64,000 bases of DNA, from assembly GCF_964204645.1 (NCBI RefSeq), contig NC_134029.1:24360950-24424949 (forward strand), written 5' to 3'. Made by a program: the position numbers and the translations under genes. The stretch is from Tubulanus polymorphus (lineage: Eukaryota; Animalia; Nemertea). Within the stretch, counting starts at the first letter, position 1, and each line of letters opens with the position of its first letter. The notes below the pieces were generated by a model, which saw only the letters and a program-made list of their open reading frames with translations, did no database searches and was not told where the DNA came from. Shown here one piece after another: positions 50,222 to 61,762 of the stretch.

Positions 50222-50598
50222 GTTTCACCCGAGAGGCAGATTGTGAGACTTGAACGAGAGACGTCCATTCAGCCTAGAGCACTTTAGATCAACCTTACAA
50301 AAATAGCCCCTAGCTCAATGCGTTCAGAAGACATGTTGCAGACATGTGCTTTTATCAAGTCACCGAGGCCACACTGCCGGTCAATACAATCAGAGATTTA
50401 CATGACAGATCCCCAAAATTTGTAAATGACTATATTATCTATTGTTGTAACGGGCAAGCAAACTATGACGTCACGTGCAACATGTCTTATAGACAGTTCA
50501 AATCGTAGAGCTTTTTAGTTCATCTCAAGACACTAAAACTAAATCTAAATCGAGTTTCATATGAACTATTCGAGATTTTTTTAAAATCTTAAAATAGT

Positions 50599-50926
50599 GA
50601 TTGTCCCTGTTATTCATTTGGCTAGAAAATTTCGTTTGATTTTTCGATTAAATGACCCTTACAGACCCACCACACCTGCCAGGAGCAAAACAGGTGGTTT
50701 GATTTGAGTTGAAATCGGAAATCGAAGTACAGATATAGCTGTGTGATCGGCGGTCGAGTTTACAGAATATTTTGTTTAAATCGGAGTACATAATTGGAAA
50801 ATTCGGTTCCAGTTCATTCAAACATTCTTCCAACCACTCTGAACCGACAAGCGACTGATTGTGATGAATTTTCTTGGCTGCCTTATTTAATACATCGAAA
50901 TTTTGGAAATAGCAATATTACAAGGT
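50599..50926 (+). repeat. Dispersed ~320-bp repeat, copy 2
   Basis: Direct-orientation diverged copy of 35404-35719 with two small indels. Confidence 0.9.
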
Positions 50927-51644
50927 TGAAGATCATTTTTTCCATTTTTATATTTTTTTAGTCGTTTTCTACGTGTAAATAGTCCGATAGTTTATTGTAG
51001 TTTTTTCTCGGGTAGATGATGATGTATAAGATTTTTAGCGGATCCATTTATCCGGTGAATCTAAATTTAGCTTCTGAAATTACGCGCGTTAAACCGCTAT
51101 TATTTCAGAGAAGAGAGAATTACGTATGATCAGTGAAATATTGACGTCATTTCAGCGGCTTCTCGGCGCTTTTAGATTTACGACGGTGTTTATTGGTAAT
51201 TAGCACTCGTTCACGCGCGCAGTAGTTGTTACGCAATACGAGTAGAGATCGCGATTAGAAAATGTTGTCGGTGATTTCAGCCTCTCTCCGCACTTCTATT
51301 GTCTCTCGTCTACCATTAGATCATGTTCAACATCACGATTATCCACAAAATACTCGTTTCTAGTCTTGATTAGCCAGTGAGGCGAGATAGGAAAGTGTGA
51401 ATTCCAGGGGTACGTTCTTGCTGTTATTGAACCGGTGTCGTTATTTGAGTACACTGAAGCCTAGCAGAACCTAATCTGCTTAGAGTAGCTCTGACCCCAC
51501 CTTTTTTAATAACCTTCGTACAAAACCGATTCATGTTCGCTTTTTGCTTCGGTAGGCTACACAAAAGTTGCGACGCCTGTTCCAAGTCGGCCCTGGTTAA
51601 TGCGACTAAAAAGGACTAAGCAATGAATCTTATTTCAAAACTCG

Positions 51645-51781
51645 ACGGCCTACTGATTGTCTTTAAGTGAACACGGCCTACTGATTGTCTTTAAGAGAAC
51701 ACGGCCTACTGATTGTCTTTAAGTGAACACGGCCTACTGATTGTCTTTAAGAGAACACGGCCTACTGATTGTCTTTAAGAA
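51645..51781. repeat. 28-bp tandem repeat, ~5 copies (ACGGCCTACTGATTGTCTTTAAGWGAAC)
   Basis: acggcc recurs at 51645, 51673, ...; W alternates T/A, giving a 56-bp dimer. Confidence 0.95.
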
Positions 51782-53368
51782 GATTATTCTTGTTATATCA
51801 ATTTACAAATTAATCGCATAGATTTAAATAAATTAACGCCATTTGACATCAGCCACACGTGATATCCGGTTTGAATTGCTACGTTAATTCAATTATCCCT
51901 GTAAAATGATTTGTTTTAGATTCCATGATTTAATCGAGATCGGACTGAAACTGCGGTCAGTGGACTCTCTCTCTCTCCGTACTGCGTGCGTGCCGGTGTC
52001 GATATCTCACAAACCGATCACGTAACGACGAAATGAGATTTCGGTTTATCTCACTGACACCTTATTACTATACGATGAGGAGACAGGGAGAGGGGATAAT
52101 AGGCAATTAATCATTAGATGTACCTATAATCGTAAAACCCTTTAATATCTATCATCCATACATCAATGTTACATGTAACTAGCGACCTCGTAACACACGC
52201 CGGTTATTAACCTGTATCATACGTGTCATATTGGACGTTACTACGACTTCTGCACTTGACGGCCACGATGATGTGCTGTGACGTCATGCACATCCGTGTT
52301 CACCTGAGGGGTTGTAAGAAGTAAAGACTTATGAGTTTGGAAATCAGCCTATGCTCGATCTCACAAATTGACGATATAATTTCTGAGCGTAAAAGGTTCT
52401 TGGATTTATATCTGCCATCATTTGAATATCATACATTATTGAAATAAGGCTTCGACTCAGACAACTCAGAAGCGGTCAATTGATAAATGTATAAAACATA
52501 AGATTTTCGTTTTTTTACGATTGGAAATTCTGTGTATTCAATGTACGACGTGCGAGTATAACTGCAGGCATTGTTTTATCGCATGCTATACGACGCATTA
52601 CCCCACTATACGGAATATGGGTTCTTCATGATATTATTCCGTCTTTGCTCGATATGAAAAATGCCTTCAAAGTAATAAAGGAATACCGGCCGTAAGCGAT
52701 CTATTTATCAGTGCGTAGACACATCGGAAGCGCTGCGCACTTTACCAACAAAGACAGTCGTATAAAAGAAGCGCGCAAAAAGTGTCCGAAAAGATTAATA
52801 AGAATAGTTTATTCACCGCCTTAAGTGGTGGTCGTTTTGTGCGAACAGCAGCAGAAAAACGCCGACATGAAAACAAAGTGGAACATACGAGTTTTATACT
52901 GGAAATAGAAGAAGATGAATGAGAGATGATGGTGATTCAGACAGAATATCGCTGTGCCGCCGTATGGTAGGCGCACACCCCAAACGTTCCATCAATATGG
53001 ACGAATCCTGTACCTCATCATTGAACATACACGTAAAGGCCTATTTCATCCGCATCTATAGTAATCGTAATAAATGTTATATTTCCAACTTGTTACGTTC
53101 AATATCGGATACAATTCAAACTATCCAAGTGCTACCCGTCTGTGCTATAATATTCGCCATACGTTTGTAGATTTTTGTGTCGAATTTGCCAGCGTGTCAA
53201 GCAGCCTTTGGTTTTTGCTGGAGATGCATCGTACCGTATTGTATCGTGTTTTCTGGGGGGTTTTTTTTGATGGAATTGGGATTTTGAAGAGTGCTAGAAT
53301 ATGTTGATCACGTGCTGATAAAGTAGCTAACGGATTCCAACTTTGATGTTCGTGACTCAATAAAGCAT

Positions 53369-53689
53369 TCCTCCTCGTCCTCCTCGTCCTCCTCATCCTC
53401 CTCGTCCTCCTCCTCGTCCTCCTCGTCCTCCTCCTCGTCCTCCTCGTCCTCCTCCTCGTCCTCCTCGTCCTCCTCGTCCTCCTCGTCCTCCTCCTACTCC
53501 TCGTCCTCCTCGTCCTCCTCGTCCTCCTCGTCCTCCTCGTCCTCCTCGTCCTCCTACTCCTCCTACTCCTCCTACTCCTCCTCGTCCTCCTCGTCCTCCT
53601 CGTCCTCCTCGTCCTCCTCGTCCTCCTCCTACTCCTCCTACTCCTCGTCCTCCTCGTCCTCCTCTTCCTCCTACTCCTTCTATTCCTCA
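53369..53689. repeat. (CCT)n-based compound repeat (CTCCTCGTC)n
   Basis: Direct reading; explains the poly-Arg/Thr ORF. Confidence 0.95.
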
Positions 53690-55502
53690 CATAACAGCAA
53701 ACGAGAATTTGTGCTTCAACAGGTTTCAGTCAGGGAGCAAAACGCAAGAAGATCAATGTGCTTGATGTATAGCGATAGTGTTGAGACTGTGACCAATCGG
53801 GCCGAACAGAACCTCAAAAATGAGAAAGTGTTTTAAGCCACGGCTACAAAAAGGGCCATCGTTTATATCAATTGTATACTGCTGTTCGCGGTATCGGCAG
53901 AAGTTGTAACTAAACCTGATAAATCATTGAAGAGTGTTGTCGGTTCAGGTTCGGTTTGTCAGGTGGTTTTGCGTCATCGATCTTCTCAAGAAAAACCGTT
54001 GACGGAATGAGATGTTTGTTCCACCGAAAATATAAACATCATGTTAAGAATACCGGTAATTGTGCGCAACGATCTGCGCTGTCTAGACATGCGATATTAG
54101 ACCGACGGCATTAGACTGAAGACATTAGACAAACGACATTAGACCGACGAGACGGTGAATTGAGAATTATTACGAAACAGTCGGAACTTCAAATATAATT
54201 TAAATTAGCCACAAGTTTCTTACGTCATAGACACAATATATCTCAATATTGCGGGTTTCCTTTTGTCATTAACTAAGGCAGTCGTACATTCATATATACA
54301 TATATCTATGAACTATCGTAGACAGTATAAGAGTGAAATCTCAGGGGATGGGGGTAGTGAGGTTTCACGTCTCACGCCCTTCCGGACCAGATATCTCCCT
54401 CCATTCGCTGTTAAACCGTTTCAAACCATAAAGTGAATCAGGCAGCATCACTGCAGTGGTTGACAGCGAGTTTAATCGTCTGAATTTAGTATCGTATGAT
54501 GACCATTTCGTTATGAAGAGAGTTGATAGATTCCGTACTCATTTACGAGTCGACGAAGATTTCAAACATCGTATGAATTATAATCTACGCGAGGATTCAG
54601 TTTCATCGTAAATTCACAGTTGAAATTAATTTCGTTGAATCATAGTTGACTTTACCTCCTCTGAGACCTTAGCGACAATGTCGAAATCAGTTATTATAAC
54701 TTCTGTAAACTCAATTTCTGATTTCCAATCTAATCTTTTGTTTCATGTCCAATAATTTCGATTGGTTTCCACGGGATACAACTCGGTAAAGATGGACCAG
54801 TCTGGAGATATAAGTGCTCGGGATTTGAGAGTAGACCTGCTGAGTACTGCTGAGTTTAATGAAGCTATAGCCGATGAAATTTACTGTGAAATAATGAAAA
54901 AAAAAATCCATTGGACGATGAACACATGCCATGTCGTCGCTTCGAAACCGTTCTGAAAGTTCTAATCTCCTACTGAAACGAAGACTTACATCGCACAATG
55001 AGACTAATGAACACGAGTTCTCCGAGCGAGCTCCACGACCTTGAATCTAAAGCGCCCCGCATCGAAACGAACGCCAATTCTAAAATTGATCATTACCGAA
55101 AGAAATATAGACAGCAATCCCCTCGGGCTGGGACAAGAATACATTGGGAAATCAATTTCCGTCGAGGGTGTCATCAATTTCATTTGAAGAAAAAAAAATC
55201 TAATGAATTAACATTGATCAATGCTGAGTCGATGTTGAAATAGTGGTAAATATGGAGCGGACAATTTAATCATGTCCGCCGACCATCCAGCCGTCTGTCT
55301 GTCAGTCTGTCCTAGAAGCTGGACTGACAGATATAGCCTCAGTGCTCTATCCACTACACACAGCTACACATCATCCTTATTAGCAATCATTACGATATAC
55401 GGAGTGCCGAGTTAGGAGTTTAACCGAAAACTCTAATCTCTAATCCGGTCATCTTTACACCACACATTACCCACAGTGTATATACATATCACACTCCGCT
55501 GA

Positions 55503-55975
55503 AAGAGAGAGAGGGAGAGGGGAGAAGGGGAGAGAGAGAGGGAGAGAGGGGGAGAAGGGGAGAGAGAGGGAGAGAGGGGAGAAGGGGAGAGAGAGAGGGA
55601 GAGAGGGGAGAGAGGGAGAGAGAGTGGGAGAGAGGGAGAGAGGGAGCGAGAGGGAGAGGGGGAGAGAGAGGGGAGAGAGGGAGAGAGAGGGTGAGGGAGG
55701 GTGAGGGAGGGGAGAGATGGAGAGAGAGGAGAGAGTGGGGAGAAAGGGAGAGAGAGGGGGAGAGAGGAAGAGAGAGAGGGAGAGGGAGTGGGAGAGAGAG
55801 AGGGAGAGGGGGAGAGAGAGAGGGGAGAGAGGGAGAGAGAGAGGGAGAGGGAGAGGGAGAGAGAGAGGGAGAGGGGGAGAGAGGGAGAGAGGGAGAGAGA
55901 GTGGGAGAGAGGGGAGAGAGGGAGAGGGGGGTAGAGGGAGAGAGGGGGAGAGGGGGAGAGGGGGAGAGGGGGAGG
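55503..55975. repeat. Irregular GA-rich polypurine tract
   Basis: Direct reading. Confidence 0.95.
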
Positions 55976-58044
55976 TTGAGATCAAATACATTTTATTCCT
56001 TCATTCTTCATTTTAACTACCATAAAGTACGTGATGAATACACCAACTCGAGAGTCTTGAGAATCTCATTACACATTTCTTTCAATTTTTCAATTTTCAA
56101 TCAAAGTTTTCAATATCGTGATTTGTAAATAGTTCTAAATGTATGTGATATTATTGGTGGATATTGCTGTCATCCCGATTAAGACTTACATCAGACAGGG
56201 TATAATGCCGTCATTTAAAATGCAACCAGAGCATCCATGAAATCCCTTAATATAGATACGTAATTTGATTGAAACCAGCTGAACTGGCCATAATGCACGT
56301 TTATGTGTACAGATCGTTAAATCTTTTAGGGCTCGATTTCACTCCTAGGCGGGGGTGGATTAGATTGTGTTGTTTTTAGCGAGGAACATGTACTTTCCGT
56401 GCGAAATAAATCGAAAAAGGTCAAATAAGTGCAGCGACTATAATGGTTCTTATAGGATAATGTGGATCACTGTACATTTCTCGTGAAAGTACGTCTATGA
56501 GATGTCGGCTTAGCGTTCAACCTCGATATCAGTACATTACAACATTAACCAGACAATCACGAAAAACTACGACTCCATTTTATACCAAATATAAAAAAAT
56601 TATCCCGAAATGTATTTGAATAGCGAAATCAATAGCATTAAAGTACAAGTAACCTCCTTCATGTTTCAAGTATTCTATCGAGACATTTATTGAAATATCA
56701 ATCAATAATCACAAATTCTGTAAAAACAATAACGTAGATTTAAGTGTAATGTATTATTACAACCGCCGTTTGAAAAACATCGATAATTTCTATATTCACC
56801 GCTTCGAGATGACGACTGATCCGTTTAATTCGTCCGTTAAAAACAAATTTGCGATGATCGAAAGAAATTAATTTCAGGAAATAGACGACTTGAGCTAGTG
56901 ATGCTGCCCTACGGGTATCATCAGCTGCACTGAAATTGATAATTCAATAGATCTCTACGAGACTTGTCATTTTACCCCTTGATTGATATTAGTCTGATAA
57001 TTGTCTGTAATGCCTTCATATTTCATCCCCGACTATTCATCATCCTGACTTCAGTGTCCTCGATGAGGCCTACATTCTAGTAATAACCATGATAATAATT
57101 ATCATAATCGATATTATAATGATATTTATTTGACATAGCGAATAAGTATAGGAAAATCTCCAGGATTTACATTTTAATGACGAAAAATTGTTCAAAGTTA
57201 AAAGGTCATTCCCACAATATACATTGACAGCTATAAGAAAATGACCCCGGTCCCCTTGTCGATTAAAACAGAAAACAAACTGGCACGTTTCTTAGGTCGG
57301 TCCTTGGATTTTCATCCGCGCCGGCCATCTTAGATCATGTGACCTAAAAACTAGGTCTGCCATTTTTTCTTATTCTGATGAGAGAAGCAATGAATATTGG
57401 GTACACATCCCCGTGGGTATCGCGGGAACAAACACCCCTGGGTGCATAAGCTATAATGATACTATAAACTCAAACCAATATAAACACAGCAACATTTTAG
57501 CAACGGCGATATTTTTCTTGTGCCTTAGTTCTTACTAATTAACTATAAGTTTACGGGGAAATATCGCGTTAAACGTATTTTTAGCTCCAGAGAATTTTGT
57601 ATTTCTTCACAAGAAAAAGAAACAACATCTTCAAAAACGTGATCGGACGCAAAAGGATAAATGAATTGCGACGGTGAAAAAATACCAATTCCGCGGTCGC
57701 AAATTCCTTTTGTTTTATGTGGCACGGATCGCGACGGTCAGAGCCATAAATTGGACGCGGTTCTTTAACGATCGGTCCGTTTGGAAATAATCCGAACTGT
57801 TGTAAATTAGTGATGTCGTTCGGTCTGGCGGTCGGGCAGTCGGGCTGGTGGCTAGTCAGTCAGCCAGAGAGTGAGAGAAGTTAATTAACCTAAAGCTGCT
57901 CTATCGTAATCCATACGTGATTACTGGCTATTAATTTTTCTTCGCAGACAAACCGCTCATCAATAACTAACTCTCTCGTCTTAAAAACGTGTTAATGAGT
58001 GAAGAGAATCGAAGGCTCGCACTTAAGAAAGGAGAGGCAGCTAA

Positions 58045-58350
58045 TATCTCAGTGTCTCAGTCTCAGTATCTAATCTCAGTATCTCAGTATCTCAGTCTCA
58101 GTATCTCAATATCTCAGTATCTCAGTGCCTCAGTGTCTCAGTATCTCAGTATCTCTATTTCTCCGTATCTCAATATCTCATTATCCCTATATCTCCGTAT
58201 CCCTATATCTCAATATCTCAATATTTCAGTATCTCAATATCTCAGTATATCAGTATCTCAGTGTCTCAGTATCTCAGTGTCTCAGTGTCTCAGTATCTCA
58301 ATATCTCATTATCCCTATATCTCCGTATCCCTATATCTCAATATCTCAAT
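58045..58350. repeat. 8-bp degenerate satellite (TATCTCAG/TATCTCAA) with an internal duplicated block
   Basis: Direct reading; cattatccctatatctccgtatccctatatctcaatatctcaat occurs twice. Confidence 0.9.
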
Positions 58351-58881
58351 AGATCAGAATCTCAATAGGTCACTTCTTCCAGGGGATATTTTCGAGGCCT
58401 AGAATTGTGCCTTCCCATTGAGGTTGTTGCCCTTTTTCACCAAGACAACGATCGTTAGAACCTGAAAACTTGACATTGACTTTAGTTCAATGATTATTTG
58501 TGTGTCGTTCCAGTGACTGTTTTTTTGATTGGAAATCTTCCGATGTAATCACACAATCAAGCTCACTGAAGTAGACTTAGGCAGACCGTACACACGATTT
58601 CCATCATTCAACGTGGATTTCAATTTACATCAATTATTTACTTCTCGGAGCACGTAACCGACTCGACGTAACCGCGCGCGCAGCGAACACGAGAAAAATT
58701 GCTCTCACAAAATGGGCATTAATTGCTAATTAAGGGACAGCATCAAACGTGCACGGAATATCACTATATACTGTACCTATTTACTGGCTGCTTCATCGCA
58801 GATAGATTTTAAAGCGAAGGTCAATGAGGCTTCTTCGATCAATTTTTTTAAAAATAGATCCTAAATACTGACATATCGCGA

Positions 58882-59197
58882 AGAGGGAGAGGGAGAGGGA
58901 GAGGGAGAGGGAGAGGGAGAGGGAGAGGGAGAGGGAGAGGGAGAGGGAGAGGGAGAGGGAGAGGGAGAGGGAGAGGGAGAGGGAATTGGGAGAGGGAGAG
59001 GGAGAGGGAGAGGGAGAGGGAGAGGGAGAGGGAGAGGGAGAGGGAGAGGGAGAGGGAGAGGGAGAGGGAGAGGGAGAGGGAGAGGGAGAGGGAGAGGGAG
59101 AGGGAGAGGGAGAGGGAGAGGGAGAGGGAGAGGGAGAGGGAGAGGGAGAGGGAGAGGGAGAGGGAGAGGGAGAGGGAGAGGGAGAGGGAGAGGGAGA
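58882..59197. repeat. (GAGAGG)n microsatellite with a single AATT interruption
   Basis: Direct reading. Confidence 0.97.
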
Positions 59198-59361
59198 GCG
59201 AGTCTGTACGATTCACACCGGGCAATTACTGTAATCATCACTAACAACAACGACTATAATATTGCTGTGAATATCCGAATAATAACCGAACTATAAATAC
59301 ATAAACCCTGTTAATAATGATACGAAACCCGGCACGATAAAACCTGAGTTGATATTTATTT

Positions 59362-59395
59362 GACGTTTCGACTTTATCCTAAGCGTCATCTTCAG
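59362..59395 (-). ncRNA. Second hammerhead ribozyme core (stem I not formed)
   Basis: Minus strand reads CTGAAGA-T-GAC-gcttaggataaa-GTC-GAAA-CGTC immediately followed by AAATAAA. The flanks CAAAC/AAATA do not pair. Confidence 0.55.
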
Positions 59396-61592
59396 GTTTG
59401 CTCGCAGGAATTCTCGAAATCGAAGTCCCTGTTTCATTGATATAAAAGCCAACACTGAGAATAAAAATTCTGTTTCATATATATTCTACTAGTCATCTTT
59501 AGGAGTAGTAGTATTGTAACAAAATGGTGAGATGAGACCACTTCTACTTTTTTGAAAAATTCTTTATGAGGGATTCGTGGACAAATAGCCACATATTCTT
59601 CGACCTAAAATATAGACATTATTCAAATGTCACCCACTTCGTTTCAATTTTTACGTTATACTAGGAGATGATGTAGATGATGTTTTCCAAGGAAAGTTTT
59701 CATACCCTAACACAGTTTTGAGTTCATTTACCTCGGAATCTCAAATTCCATTCCGAATTAACGATTAATGAATTCCGTAGAGATCTGAAGACGAGTAAAA
59801 ATGCGAAGAATTTTAGAATGCGTTTGATAATTTTTCAAGTTTGTATTTTTGCACGAAGACACCGATCAGCGGGTCGGGCAGAATCTCGCGGTTACGCGGA
59901 AATAAGGTAAACTTTTCACCTTATTCGTCGCTAATTGGTCAAAGTCGCAGACAAGTTACGAAATCATTATAACCCAAAGTCTCGCATCAAGATGGAAAGA
60001 TCAGTAAACTATCATAACTTTTAAATTTGACAAAATATCATTCAGTCTATATTCGTTTTACATAGAATGAAGGCTTCGTATTTGTAATAGTCTCATGTAC
60101 AGTTTGTTGCTGCTGCTGCTAAATATGAGCGCATTTACACATTTAACAATACACAATTCAACTTCCAGTCGCGGTATTGGTTAATCATTGAATTGGAAAC
60201 AGGCACCTGCACGTGCACCTGTTACTCGATCCACTTCAAACCGTGTTTTTGAATTACACTTTAAGCACTTGTTGTAAGTTGTATAAAATGGTGACTGTTT
60301 GAGGGGAAGAAATAATATACTTCATGCCTAATGTAAAAAAGTTACGTTAACTAAACCGGCTCGATTTTATAATCAATATGACTGAAATTAAGTAGTCTGA
60401 AAAACACCTGGTCTCGATTCTGTATATAAGGTTAACGCAATATTGTGTGTTTATCCAACTGAATTCTGTTGAAAAATCAAACATTTCTTCCTCTATTTTG
60501 GATAGACTTTTTTCGTCGAAAATAATTGATTAAACGTCCATGAATAACCTATTGATCTTCGGCAGAAACGAGAGAAACGTCGAAAATAGTTTTTCTATAA
60601 ATATGGAAACAATTTAAAGAATAAATGTATGTATAAATAGATGGTGAAATTGTTGAAAAACTATATATTTACAGCAGCGATTGATCGCCGATGATTGAAT
60701 CCTCAAGCGAGGGTGGTGAGTTATGGAATTCACGACGGTGAGACTTTTTTGTTTTGTCTGCGAACAGTCAAGAAAAGATGTTTGAAAAACATTGTCTAAA
60801 TCCTTCAACGGCGCGCATAAAGAAGAACTTTGAGGGAGAAATCATCTCCGACACGGAACTCACCTCGGAATACTAATACACAGACCTCATAGTATTAATA
60901 TTTGCTTAATAAATTCTGCTATATATCATCATCAGTAGTTTCATATTACATAACCGAGGTGTATAGACCCGGCTATACATACATGTACGCAATAAACATA
61001 TATAACTATCTGAGATAAAATCGACACATTGGTTCGATGATCAATGATCGCCAATATCTCGTCCGTCCGTCATAATACACCGTATAGACGACACCCGGCA
61101 CTCGGCTAAATTAATGATAAGGCAACGAAACCACTCTAGATAAATTAATTCAGTTACTAAAGAGAAGATGTGAACCTATTGGTAAAAGCAATTTCGAGAA
61201 AGCAGTACTAGACATGTGTTCTCGTCGATTACACATCGACTTAAATATCAGTTTTCTCTCTACTTTTCCCGATACGGAGAATAGAAAATTCAGCTACTTT
61301 TGTTCGAGTTGCTGTTGAATAACTAGAATTAGGCGTTATTTATTTTGTCGGTTAGCTGTCACCGGGGATAGATATGCTAATATTACATCAGGCGAATTGA
61401 TGCAATTAAACGCAGCGCGTCCTGGTGACGTTCACATCTCGTGTTGAGTTAGTTTAATTGAAGAATAATCTGCGAAAATGAAACAGCTGTAACTGGTGAA
61501 CCGCTGCAACGACAGACCGTGTTTTAATTGACACATGGATCAGCCATTTATAGACAAGCCCGGTCACACTAATACAACGAGATAGAGGAATT

Positions 61593-61762
61593 CAAAAAAA
61601 TTCCTTTCAGCTAAAATAGTTTATTGATTCGATGTTTCGACCATAACTTAATAGCCAGGAATACCGCGCATAGCGAATACTTCAGTATTCCTGAAGATGA
61701 TCATTAAGTTTTAGTCGAAACGTCGAATCATTAAACTATTTTAGCTTAAAGGAAATTTTTTG
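61593..61762. mobile_element. Inverted duplication of a probable Penelope-like element terminal segment
   Basis: Arms 61594-61652 and 61703-61761 match as reverse complements at 53 of 59 positions by manual count. Inner CAGGAATAC/GTATTCCTG also pair around a ~20-nt spacer. The arms carry the hammerhead motif. Confidence 0.65.
61687..61728 (+). ncRNA. Minimal type I hammerhead ribozyme motif (Penelope-like element type)
   Basis: Reads ATTC-CTGAAGA-T-GATCATTAAGTTTTAGTC-GAAA-CGTC-GAAT. Stem I is ATTC/GAAT, the core boxes CUGANGA and GAAA are present, stem II is closed by GAU/GUC, and palindromic ACGU replaces stem III. The GUC cleavage triplet ends at 61724. Confidence 0.7.

Noticed and set aside
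60855-60935. Possible alternative upstream nAChR exon ending in GAG|gtgagt
   Set aside because: The donor-like motif is good, but upstream ATGs hit stops before it and no signal peptide is encoded. A non-coding exon cannot be supported without transcripts.
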